Positions 1-13,669 of a DNA stretch of 64,000 nucleotides are shown here, in pieces (position 1 is the first letter of the stretch; every line of letters begins with the position of its first letter). The DNA lies in NCBI RefSeq assembly GCF_006345805.1, contig NC_043011.1, forward strand, positions 21,526,464-21,590,463, written 5' to 3'. A program made the position numbers and the translations under genes. The notes under the pieces are model-generated. The model was not told the DNA's origin. It searched no databases and saw nothing but the letters and a program-made list of their open reading frames with translations. Source of the stretch: Octopus sinensis. Its lineage: Eukaryota.

Positions 1-147
1 AGAAACTGGCCCACTGAGCTTATATGACTCGGGGACGATGATTATCCTTTTGTTTGTTTGTCTTTTTTAGCTTGACTGCCAATAAAATATAAACATGAAT
101 TTAATTCAGGTAATTTTATAAATATTCTTTTTCATTTATCTCTCAAG

Positions 148-315
148 AATCGATCCGAATCTTCGGTTAATTGTCTACTGCAATGCCCTACGTAAAGGAG
201 GCGCTCAAGAATGGGACTTTGCCTATGAACAGTATAAGAAGTCCAATATGGCTAGCGAGAAAGATCGTTTACTTCGAGCAATGTCTTGTTCGCAGGAACC
301 GTGGATATTAAGCAG
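148..315 (+). CDS. Aminopeptidase unit A exon (C-terminal domain)
   Basis: aag|A ATC...AGC AG|gtaag, 168 nt, phase 2/2; [56 protein letters not shown], typical APN C-terminal domain. Confidence 0.93.
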
Positions 316-3300
316 GTAAGTCTCATCAGTAATAAGACAGACTTATAAACAGGCTTTCTAACAAAAGTTAAACAAATCGAAAATAGATTCTGCATCAGCT
401 TAACTGCTAATACAGCAGTTGAATTGATAGAGAAACATTTCTTTCCACCATAAACCTTAATGACAAATAAAATAATATTAACAAATTGCCATCCCACAGA
501 ATTCTGCATTTGATCTAGTCTTAAAATCTTTGCACATGGTATTTGGCTACTTACTGTGGAAGAATCATGATCGTCATCTGTATAATGTCCATTTTTCCAT
601 GCTTGCATGAATCAGACAAAATTTGTTGAGACAGATTTTCTACAGCCGGATACCCTTCCTGTCGTCAATCCTTGTGTGATTGCGAGCAAGTAATGTTTTC
701 CCCTAGTCGGACATGTTTTCACAGAGGACTGAAAACGACGGACACCACTCACATGATTGTGATACTCATTTATATCGCGTAACATCAAAACAAGGAGAAA
801 CGCGCGCGCACGCACACACGCGCGCGCACACACGTACAAGCGCGCACACACACACACATAAATATCACAAGAAACATTCAGAATAAGATACCTCTGTTTG
901 CACTATGGAAAAGAAAATGGATCTTTTCGGTTTGAACGGCAGTTTTTAACATAATTTCTAGGTAACTAAAAAATGTTAAACTTCGTATACTGGTATAATG
1001 TGTTTATAAAACATCATTTTCTTTTGGTTTTATTGAGAAAATTCTATGGTTTGTAAGATATTTGTTGATTTTTTCTTCAACCAATCAGTGACGTCCATTG
1101 AGGTAAACATTCTGTACCGTATGAATATGTCCCTCGTTTAAGAAACAGATTGGGTTTATTTACACCCCTAACCCTAACCCTAAAACAGATTGAAATGCAA
1201 TAGATCGATACTAGGGTCATAATTATGGGTGACAATTTCATATGACACCGCTAGAAAAAACTGCCGTTCAAACCGAAAAGATCCAAGGAAATTAAGTGTA
1301 TATAGATATTGTAACAAAAATCATAAATTCTTTAACTTTGTCGCATGCATTTCTCTGAAATGGCTTCTTATATTTACACTTCAATAAAACCAAATAGTCT
1401 ATAGTTTTCATTCTATGACAAACGAACAAACAAAAAAAGAGAGAATTTATGCTTTTAGACCTTTTCAATGTTCTATTATCAAAGAAGATTAACAGCGAAA
1501 AGAACAAGGTAATTCCCCTAAAGGCGAAAATAATGATAATAAATCTTCTAAATATTCTTTATACAAACAAAAAAAATCTTTATTTCTCTCTGTCAACTTG
1601 ATAATAAATCCATGCTGCGTTATATATGTTTTTGAGTGTTTTATTAACATATCCCTAATATTATACTCTGGAATGTTGTTTTCACAGGTTTTTAGAAAGA
1701 ACATTAGATTCCAAAGAAATACGAAGACAGGACGCTGTGGCTCCGTTCATTTACGTATCAAGAAATTCGATTGGTCAGTTATTGGCTTGGGACTTCGTTC
1801 AATCTAGATTGGGATCAAATAAGTCAAGGTAAGTTGATTCGTTACTCAACATTCAATAGCAGTTTTGCCTTCCTCTAATTGTGGTTTCAAGTAAATGCAT
1901 GCATACATAATAGATGGATGGATGGATGGACGGATGTGCAACACTAACGGTAGTTGCAGAGCAATTATGATTCACGAACCAAATCAAAACCTGCTTCGCA
2001 AGTCGATCTAAAAGGAAAAGCGTCAAATGTTTTATTTAAATTACACCCAACCGACAGGCGGGGAAAAGGAAGACTATACATTCGATGGTGTAGTTCTAGA
2101 TATATAGTGCTTCCCTCTTAAAAATGATAGGATGACCATCGTTGGAACACCTTTGATCATGGGTTGGATCAGTCATAGCTACGCTGGAGCTAAACAACAA
2201 CAGGCATACAATGAAAACAGATCAGTGGTTAAACTTGCTCGGACTGTTGTCTCACTGTATCCTATACAATAAACCACTGCATATTGTGGAGAGTGAACAA
2301 TATGGTCTTCGTGAAACGCCTAGAGCAATTAATATTTGGATTGCGCCTATGTGCATGATGTATCCTAGATAGGGGACTTAAACTAGGATGTGTCCTACTT
2401 AGGGAGATAAAACAATAACAATCATATAAGAAACAAAATGAATGTCTGCCAGTTATTGTGCTTCGAACTAACTGACATGACATGCTGTTCGTTCAATGCT
2501 CACAGTGGAGCCATATTAAATCTCGTACGAAATTAAACAGAAGGAAGGAAGGAAGGGAGGACAGACGGACGGACGGACGGACGGACGGATGGACAGGCGA
2601 ACAGAACTGAAGTTGATCCACAAGTTAATCCAAAATGTCAAACTACACTTTATTTTAATATTTCAGCCATGAAAACTTATTCCCGGTTTCTTATCTCTTC
2701 CCTCTTGTGACATATTCCTTTAACACGGAACATCAACTGAAGCAGGTAGGTAATAGCTTCTTTATGATTTGTATTAGAATATTCTAAAGGAAAAAAAAAC
2801 AATACAGCTTAAATGTAATAACTTCGATCCAATTTTTAATGTTGAAAGCGGTACAGGGGAAAGAACAGGATAAATTATTATTAAAGGTTTGTTGAGTTCA
2901 AATCCTGTTTGGGTTGATAAATACAATATACGGTAATTCATCAAAAATTGGCTTTTATTGGCAATTATCATACAAACATTGCGACTAAGGAAATGTTTCT
3001 TTACTACATGGTTCAACTATACCTTTTTGTGATGGTCCACTTATATATTTTTACATTTGGGCCATGCCCAAATGTATATTATATCATATTTTACTTACAA
3101 GATCTCCCCACCTTTCCTGCCATTTTTATCACTGGCAATGATTATATAATAGAAATATTAAAATTATTAAGTCTCTATAAAAGAGATTACGACAGCGTTT
3201 ACTGGAAATTAATAGTTATCGCCATATTAATATGGCATTCTTATAGATATAAGAATAATCGCTGCCATGGTCAGCTCCATGAGGCCACCGCCATAAGATA

Positions 3301-5215
3301 GCTGTCGGACTGGCAGTGTGAAGCGGCTGACCTCCCTTGTTCGAAGGTTATAATGGATACAGATCGTGTATCAATAGCTATCTTGATGGCGGTGGCCTCA
3401 TGGAGCTGACCATGGCAGCGATTATTCTTATATCTATAAGAATGCCATATTAATATGGCGATAACTATTAATGATTATATAAGCAAATATTAAAGAAATC
3501 ATGACACAAAAGAATGTCTAAACGCGCTAACTGTTCATTGACCTACAAATATACGTTACATCTAAAAAAAATATTCTTAAAAAAAATGGTCCGAAATCTC
3601 TGGCACATTTGTAATCTGCGGTCCACCTAAAACCCACTCCTGCTTTGTTATATGATCTCAAAGGGTGGGAGCTGTGCCACTGATATTTAAGAATTTACAA
3701 GAAGGTTTGTGGCACCTTGAGCAAGTATCTTCTTCTATTGCCTCGGGCCAACCAAAGCCTTGTGAATGGATGTAGTAGACAGAAACTGAAAGAAGCCCGT
3801 TGCGTATATGCGTGTGCGTGCGTGTTTCTGTGTTTGTCCTTGTCCACAGCTACTGTTTGACAATTGGTAACGGTTTGTTTACGTCCCCGTGACTAAGTGA
3901 TTCGGCAAAAGAGGCCTATAGATGGTATCCGGCTTCAAAAATAAGCGCTGGAGTCCATTCGTTCGACTAAAACCTTTCAAGGTGATGTTCTAGCTTGGCT
4001 GCAGTCCAACAACTCAAACAAATAAAAGATAAAAACGAGCGACTATTCCCAACTTAGAAATCGTGATCCATACTGCATCACAGTATAATTCTAAAAGGGT
4101 TGCGAAGGCTAAACATTTTTACTTTTGAAATATTTCATGAAAAGTAAAATGTTCATGAATATGGCGTAGGAGTGGCTGTGTGGTAAGTAGCTAGCTTACC
4201 AACCACATGGTTCCGGGTTCAGTCCCACTGCGTGGCATCTTGGGTAGGTGTCTTCTACTATAGCCTTGGGCCAACCAAAGCCTTGTGAGTGGATTTAGTA
4301 GACGGAAACTGGAAGAAGCCCGTCGTATATATGTATGTATATATATATATATATATATATATGCGTGTGTATATGTCTGTGTGTCTGTGTTTGTCCCCCC
4401 AACATCGCTTGACAGCCGATGTTGGTGTGTTTACGTCCGCCGTCACTTAGCGGTTCGGCAAACGAGCCCGATAGAATAAGTACTAGACTTACAAAGAATA
4501 AGTCCTGGGGTCGGTTTGCTCGACTAAAGGCGGTGCTCCAGCATGGCCACAGTCAAATGACTGAAACAAGTAAAAAGAGTTAAAAAAAGAGAATGTTTAT
4601 TATACAATAAGCCAAAGACACTGACTGCAAACAAAACCCGTGTAATATTTTCCCATGAAAGTTTACGAATGTTGATATAGTTTTTTTTTAGAAAATTATT
4701 TTTGCTTAAATATCTCAAAAAAAAAAAAAAGAGCGTGTAGAGAGAGGATTACTAATTTGCCAAAATGTGTCGTGACGCTAAAAGGTTGGGAACCAGTGCT
4801 TTACATTATCAATTTCCATGCATCACCATTCTGAGCTTGAATTTCGCCGATGATGACAATGCCCTTGCAATGACTCTCTTATCTATCTCTCAATGGCGCA
4901 GCAAATCACGATGTAAATAGATACTTCTACTTCCTTGGGATTGCTATAGTCTGCTGCTTAAGAAGACGACAAGGATGCTGAATTACAGACGAATATTTCA
5001 TTAGCTTGCATAAAACATCGCCATGTGCAAAAGCTGTGATAGCTTAGCCTCCTATTTAGGAGGGAAATACGTTTTTCGACAGATAACTGACACGAAACAA
5101 TATATTCTATTAACCTATTAACATTAGGTATGTGCCTGTATGTGTATGTATGTCTGCTTAAGTATATATTTCTTCGTGATTATGTGTATGTTTATAAATG
5201 TATGTATATGCATAT

Positions 5216-5284
<69 letters not shown>

Positions 5285-7037
5285 GTATGTATGTATGTAT
5301 GCGTGTGTGTGTTTGTGTGTGTAAATAAATTTGCGTGCGTGTGTGTGTCCGGTACTTTTAAATGTATACTATAGAAGCAAAATCAGGATGTTAGTAACTT
5401 TAATTGCCTAAGTGCTCACCACGAGGTTTACTATTTACAAAGATATTAGTGACGCATAAAAAAGCTGTACAACCGGGGCTTTTTAAACGCCGTGCCAATG
5501 AGCTGCGCCAACGAGCCGCGCCAACCAGTCGTGACAACGTACTCGCGACTTCAGTGTTATATGTATTGGTGATTGTCACATCACGTCAGTTCGTCATCGA
5601 TCTCCATGCTAGAATTAACATATCTCTAGTGTATTTGGAAATTTATTGCAAGATGAATAATGAAGGATCTGGAAGAGCAACTCGTGTCTGAAAAAATACT
5701 ATTTCAAATTTGGCAAGCTTTTGCAGAAAATTTTCTGATGTTGTAACAAATCTGTGGAGAGAGCTACATGAACTGTTCACAATATTATAAGTGAAAATAA
5801 GGCGGCAAACTGGCAGAATTTTTAGCACGCCAGGCAAAATGCTTAGCGGCATTTTGTGTGTCTTTTCTAATCACTAAGCGCATGATTTTAAAAGCGAAAT
5901 TGCAAATGCGTGGTGCTGCCGCAAAGAAAAAGTGTGAGCAAAAGGAGAACCGAGTTACAGTCAGCCAGGAGTTATTTGATCGTTCGAATACGGATTGAAA
6001 CTTTGAAGAATGTATCATAAGATTGATTACATGGCAATGTTTACTACCAAAATCTGTATTTGTGTGTTATGTGTATATAAGTATATATGTGTGTGACCGA
6101 TATCCAAACTACAGTGGAGAATGCTATCCTCTGGATTTGGTTAAAAAGAGACGATGAGCAATGGCTAGAGAAATATTGGGCTATATTTAATAACCAGTTG
6201 ATCTAGCAAGCGGGGCCTCGAGAGAAAGGCCCCGAAACGGCGCGCAATCTCTCCTGATGACCCTATATACTTGCTAGCTTCCGGTATGCGGAGTTCTCGA
6301 CTGGTAGCACTTGCATGTGCAAGTTGTTTGCAAGACATTTATATAAATATATGTATATATATATATATATATATATAACATTTCGATAGAAGATCCATTT
6401 TTCGTCACCAGTCAAGTTTATCCAAAAAGGGTGAAATGAATTCGCGAGAATGGAGAGAAGAGCAGATGTCAACTCGGGATTTGCGGTTGCTTTCGGACAA
6501 TTCATGAGGCACCCATTTTCCAAGTTTAGGAACCTTTCCAAGTTGTTGAAGATGACGATGAACTGTTGTATGGTTTGAACTAATCTGTATTGCCAATTCT
6601 TCAACTGATAATGCAGGATTTTCTTCAAGTAGTGCTTCAAAGAGCTTATCATCAAACTCAACTGAACGCCCTGTTCGATCTTCATCTTCAAGGCTGAACT
6701 CTCCACTTCTGAATTTTGCAAACCATCTTTTGCAAGTTCTTTCATTCAAGCATTCTTTCCCATAAACTGAGTGTATGGTTCTAGCCGCTTCCGCTGCAGA
6801 GTTTCCTTTTTTGTACTCATAAAGCATTATGTGCCTTAAATGCGCTTTGGATACTTCCATGTTAGAAAGGGTTTTAATCAAAGAAATTTAATTCTATTAT
6901 TCTGTAAAATAATATTTAATTAGTTTGAATGTACACAAATGCATAAAAATAATTTTAAATTCCATTAGACATTCTAAAATGCTATTAAATTTCATTCAAT
7001 TTTAAAAAAGGTAAAATCAGACAGAACTTATGGATTA

Positions 7038-7073
<36 letters not shown>

Positions 7074-8110
7074 TTATCATCACTTTTAGAAGAGACCATG
7101 TTACTCTGTCAGACCTGAAAAACACAAACACACACACTCATACGCACCCACGTGCACACACACATACATATATTATAAATGCATGTATATATATATTATG
7201 TATACGTGCGTACATGTGTGCGTATGTGTATTTTTACCTATCTATACTCACTCACATACATCTTCAGGGTTGCGCGTGAGTGAGTGTGTACATGTGTGTG
7301 TGCGCGTGTATGTGTAACTGAAAGCTGTGTACATTTCATAGTCGTTAAAAAGGAGTGCGAATGTGTGAGTCCCGGAAAACCTGATTGCGTTAATGGCTAT
7401 TACGTCTAAATCCAGTGAGCTGAGGCTATTAAACAAGCAACTTTGATTTGCAGCTAACCTTTTTCTATACTACCACAAGGGGCTAAACACAGAGAGGACA
7501 AACAAGGACAGACAAACGGATTAAGTTGATTATATCGACCCCCAGTGTGTAACTGGTACTTATTTAATCGACCCCGAAAGGATGAAAGGCAAAGTCGACC
7601 TCGGCGGAATTTGAACTCAGAACGTAGCGGCAGAGGAAATACCAATAAGTATTTCGCCCGGCGCGCTAACGTTTCTGCCAGCTAACCATCGGCCCCGTAC
7701 ACTTATGTAACCAACTCTTAATATTGACGTGTCAAGCGGAGGTTAAATGGAGATGGTCACTTACATCACATCAGAGACAACTGGACAACCTGGGTTTCGG
7801 GGTTCCCCAAAGGTCTCATACATCACTGCGCAAGCTACTTTCACTTTTGAAATCCCCTCGTTATATAGGAGCTTCAACAGCAAATATGCTTTTCTAGCCT
7901 GGGCCACGTTAGAATTCTACTGGCTGCCGCCTTCTGGGAGGTGGGGACTTGCTCGATAGCCATGTTTGTATAGTTGTTTGTATGTGTTTTGATATTCGTT
8001 TTACATATTCCATCAACTCAACAATCTTTTCGGACAATTGTGAAGTTGAGGTGTATGTATAGGTATTGCTGTTTCCGTTGTTGCTGTTACTGTTGCAGTT
8101 GTTGATTCAG

Positions 8111-8157
<47 letters not shown>

Positions 8158-8952
8158 GCAGCTACAGTGTCGACTGAAGTACAAGTTCATATTATCTTGG
8201 CTCTATTTGGGAAGAAGCCTTAGGGTGGTTGGTGCTATCACATACTTGGAAACTACACTTTCTCTTTTATCTCCCGTACCGTTCAGTTGTGTGCCGTTTG
8301 ACAATCTTATCTTGTATTGAATGTTTTCTGTTTCAAGTAATGTTATATAAATGATATAAGTGTTTGATTTATATCGCAGCTGGAGGCATTCGTGGCTTCA
8401 CAAGGGGACTTGGGGTCATCAAAAAGAGCCTATCAGCAAGCAATAGAAGAAACTAAAACCAACATCAAGTGGATGAAGAAGAACTTTAAGCCAGTAAAAG
8501 AATGGTTGAAGAACACAAATACCAGGTAATTCATACAGGTGTCCTTACGCATCGATACTAGAAAATGTGGGAACCTCTGTGTAATTGTCGTAACAGCTAG
8601 AAATAACAGCTAAATCTACTTATAGCCTATCATTTAAATGTGTGTGTGTGAGAGTGTGTGTGTGTGAGAGTGTGTGTGTGTGTCTATCTCTATGCCTAAG
8701 CGAAATATCAAAATATATACATACATACACACACACATACATACATACATACATACATACATACATACATACATACATACATACATAGGCGGGTCCATTA
8801 CTCCAAAATGGGATTGAAGGTGAGTTATCTCGCCTGTCCATGTCTCAGGTATATTACAGCCAGCGGTTTGAGAGTATAGATACTCCGCCAAGCTATTGCA
8901 GCCACCGGGAAATACACAAAGCATATACATTAGTATATGTATTTGTGTGCGC

Positions 8953-9035
<83 letters not shown>

Positions 9036-11429
9036 CGCGCGTGTGTATGTGTGCGTGTGTGTGTGTGTGTGTGTGTATGGCAAAAATCAAAGGAGATAGG
9101 GGGAATGGTCTGCGTCGGCAAGACTCGTATTATTCGAGTACAATACAGAAAGAATACGGTAAAATTGCCGCGGATGTTGGATTATCCAACGTTTCGTACA
9201 GATTCCTTCTTCAGAAAGGGAGGAAATTAAAGAAGGCAGAGGAGTATTACATCTGCTATGTTTGAGAGACTAACTGCAACTATTAGTAGCGTTTAAACGC
9301 ATGTATTGTGACCTTTAAATAATAATATTTATAGAGTACTTTTTGCTGAAGTTCAAGACATTGGAAGCTATATATATATCTTGGGCCTTAGACATCTGAT
9401 GACTTCGACAAACAAATTTACGTCCATGAAATTTCATAGTGGAACTAAGTTAAACTGTTGTTAACATATGAATGTATGTGCGCATGCATGCATTCGTACC
9501 TCAGATATTGCGACAGCTGAATAGCTAAACATGTTACTTTACTTGACCTCTGTTTCGGAGCGAGTTGTTGTATTATCTTGAACAAGGGCATCTAACTATT
9601 CTGTAATTTGTAATCTATGTTAAACAGTTTCAAACGTCTCTATTTATTTATTTACTTAACATCTGTTAATGCGTGTATCTTCCAGAAAAATAAAACAGTC
9701 CGTTGATGTGAGGTTACCCAAGTCCCTTGTTCCCCAGGTGTACAATCTGGAAATGAAGCCAAACATTTACTCTGGTAATCCTTCAAACTTCACATTCAAA
9801 GGGAAGGTTGACATCCGATTCTTATGCCAGAATTCAACTAGCAACGTCACCTTACATATCGTCAAACTGGAAATCTTCGACAATATCATTGTGAGTCATT
9901 TTCGTATTCAGTATTCGTAACTATTTTATTTTTTAATTGTTTCAGGCACTGGACTACAGCCATGCTGGTGCACCGCCTTGAAGGGTTTTTAGTCAAACAA
10001 ATACAAATTGACCCCAATAGTTATCTTTTTTAAGTTTGGTACTTATTCTATCAGGATGTTTTGCATGTATTTGTGTTTGTGTTTGTCCCCAACCACCACC
10101 TAACAAGCCAGTGGTGGTTTGTTTACGCCCCCGTATCTTAGCTGGACGGCAAAAGGGACCGATAGAATAAGTATCAGACTTTTAAGCAAGTACTGGGATT
10201 GATTTCTTTGACTAAACCCTTCTAGGAGGTGCTCCAGCATAGCCACTGTCAAATTACTGAGACGAGTAAAGGATAAAACATATACGAGGGGGGTGCTGAA
10301 AAGTCCTGCCTTTAAGGATCTTGCGAAAGGCCTGGTTGGAAACCAAGTCTTAGAAAAATTGAAGCATGTGAATCTGAGAGGGGAATATGTTGAATGAAAT
10401 CATAATTAACTGATCTTATTATTTTCTTTTACCGAAAACCAGGAACATTTCAGCACAACCTCGTATATAAAACAGTTTTGCTTTTTATTTTCCGCCGAAC
10501 TTCGGCTATTTTTGTATTGCTATTCTCGTAAAACTATTGCTATTGAACAATTAATTGGAACGAGTGCTGCTAATGCAAGTGAGACAGAGGAAACTATTTC
10601 ATTTCACAAGCATCACTAATGCCCTTGGAAAAGGCATGGTCATCTCTGTGTCCATTTCTGTTCTGAAATGCACAAGCATTTTTGCTTTGCCTGCTCAAAA
10701 AAAAAATCAAAATATTTAACAATAAGCGCAGGCGCGGCTGTGTAGTAAGAAGTTTGCTTCGTAATCACATGATCCTGGGTTCAGTCTCACTGCGTGGCAC
10801 CTTGAGCAAGTGTCTTCTGCTATAGCCTCGGGCCGACCAAAATCTTGAGAGTGGATTTGGTAGGCGGTAGACTCCACGTCATTTACTACGAAATTGAATT
10901 TAAAAATACATTTATATAATTGTCTAATCTTACCAATCTTCCCAATGTAGCACCACTACATGGCAAGGATACTTTTAGTTGAATTTACTCAATTGCAAAC
11001 ATTTGAACCAAGCCCTATCTCCTTCTCCAAGCTCTTTTTTCCAGCAAACATTGACCAGAAATTATTCAAGCTCAACACTGGCTGCATCAATACAGGCTTT
11101 ATTCATTTATCCATGATTTAACTTACGATCAGAAACTGTAATTGAAACAAAAATTAACCAACTCTTTGTGTTGTTGTAGGTGAAAGAACTGGGGAGAAAC
11201 AAAGCTATTACAGTGAGAAACTTCGAAGAAAACAAAGAGAAAGAATTCCTCGTTGTTTACCTAAATGAAGAGTTGGAGGCTGGACATCGTTATAAAATAG
11301 TGATACAATTCAAAGGGTCACTCCTTCCCGATCTCAAGGGATTTTATTTCAGTTCATATGAATATAATAACGAAACAATGTATGTAACATTCATTATGCA
11401 TTCTTTCTCTCTCTTTCTCTCTCTCTCTT

Positions 11430-11462
<33 letters not shown>

Positions 11463-11519
11463 TTCTCCCTATATATATATATATGAATACACATGCACAC
11501 ACACACTCACACACACACA

Positions 11520-11550
<31 letters not shown>

Positions 11551-11555
11551 CACAC

Positions 11556-11593
<38 letters not shown>

Positions 11594-12638
11594 AAATTAG
11601 AGAATGGAGAAACATACTTAAATCAATAAAACATCAACTATCCGATGATACCCAATCAATACTTAATACACCATTACATATGAGTAAAGGCATTATACAA
11701 AATGAGATATACAGTAATAGTAAAAAGATAAAGAGATATAAGTAAAAAATTTCAAATATAATATGCAATTAAATCAAAACTGACAGCTGTTTCGGCAGTG
11801 AGGGCAGTCATACCTCATTTAACCTCTAAGCCATAAAGGCAGGTATAAATGAGGCATTAACAAGGATGCCCCACGGCCTCTTCAGAGAATTAATCCCATG
11901 GTGGGTTGAATTTTCAACCCCTATCTCATTTTATAACCTATATATATATGTATATATGTAACATTTTGATTTAGCTCTGTACAACTTAAAGTTTCGTAGA
12001 CTCATAGATCGAACCTATCTCGTCAGGCATCTAGAGGAAAATATGACACTAATTCCAGGTGATAGGTTTCCATTGATCTATTCAGGCCACATGGTGTTAT
12101 TGATCTGAAAGCGACATCAGTTACTTTCGATATTATTAGAAGGACCTGAGTTGAACAATGGCGGCCTATCATCAAGAAGTTCTCTTGAATTTATTTGTTC
12201 TCTGTGTCTCTTTACTCTTCTTTGGAAACCTGACCAAATAGGTTCGTTCTAAGGCCCTATGAAACTTTGAATGGTATGGAGTTGAGTCAAACTTTTATTA
12301 AATCCTATATGTACTCCTACCAAATGAGTGCCACTTTTTTTCTGTGAGCACTCACTCATATATGTGTCTATGTGTCTCTGTATACATATGTGTGTATATG
12401 TGTGTCTGTATATGTTGATAGCACCTATAGGGTGCTTCTTTTCCACTCACTAAAGTGAATAAAGCTTTGGTCAGGAGGAACTGATGTCATCAGACGGAAT
12501 CCAACAACCACCAGGTATTTCGATCCCGAACCGTAACACTCTCTCGCTGGTGGGTCGGCAAAGGTGACCAAATCACTGCTTCTCATCTCCTTTTGGCTTC
12601 AAGCTTAACTACTCTCTCTTTGTCTGTCAGTCAGTCTT

Positions 12639-12703
<65 letters not shown>

Positions 12704-13638
12704 GTCATCATATTTAGATGTTCTTTTTACATGTTTGTTATGTACAGATATCTTGCCACTACGCAGTTCCAGCCAACCAATGCTCGAAAAGCTTTCCCAT
12801 GTTTTGATGAACCAGCACTGAGGGCCAAATTCAACGTTGTGTTGATCCGTAAGAAAAATATGACTGCACTCTCAAATCAACAACTACTACGTACGGAACC
12901 ACGGTAATGAAATAATTTCCATTGGTTGAAATCGTTTCCTGTTTATTATCGTGCATATATGTGTGCATGTGTGCGTGTATGTTTGTATGTATATTTGCGC
13001 GCGCGTGTGTGTGTGTGGTGTACTCTTTCCGTGACTGGCAAAATAAACAAAAATTATTCCATCCACCGAAAGATAAATATCATTTAATAAACGAAAGATT
13101 TAGATAGACCCACTATAAGGGGATGAAACCTATAACAACTCACATTTAAATTCTGTTTTCAATTATACATACATACATACACACAAGCACATATACACAT
13201 GCATACAAACATACATACATGTATACGTACGTACGTATATACATACATATATACATACATGCATACATACATACATACACACATGCACATATACACATGC
13301 ATACATACATGCGTACGTACGTATTTACATACATACATGCATGCATACATACATACCTACATACATACATACATACATACATACATACATACATACATAC
13401 ATAAATGCGCCCTTTTAAAGCCTAGCTAGGCTCATGGGCCCAGTTTCCCGGTTTCTATGGCGTATGTGTTCCCCAGCTGGACGGGACGCCAGTCCATCGC
13501 AGCGTTACTCATTTTTGCCAGCTTAGTGGACTGGAACAACGTGAAATGAAGTGTTTTGCTCAAGAACACAACGCGTCACCCGGTCCAGGAATCAAAACCA
13601 CGATCTTACATACACACACATACATACATCATACATAA

Positions 13639-13669
<31 letters not shown>

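Noticed and set aside
252-608. 118-aa minus-strand ORF
   Set aside because: It partly overlaps the real plus-strand exon 148-315 in antisense and has no recognisable motif.
6405-6881. SETMAR-like host gene
   Set aside because: There is no SET domain; it is a truncated, frameshifted mariner transposase next to its TIR.
8066-8320. Poly-Leu ORF as a possible signal anchor for unit B
   Set aside because: It is a (TTG)n microsatellite located upstream of unit A's last exon, with no supporting splice structure.
9166-9215. Minus-strand CUGAAGA..GAAAC-hairpin-AUC hammerhead-like motif
   Set aside because: Stem I and stem II do not pair; at best a decayed remnant.
9669-9685. ATG at 9669 as the start codon of an independent gene B
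   Set aside because: It lies in the acceptor region just before tccag and gives no signal peptide for a heavily N-glycosylated enzyme. The acceptor at 9685 fits better, though the ATG is not formally excluded.
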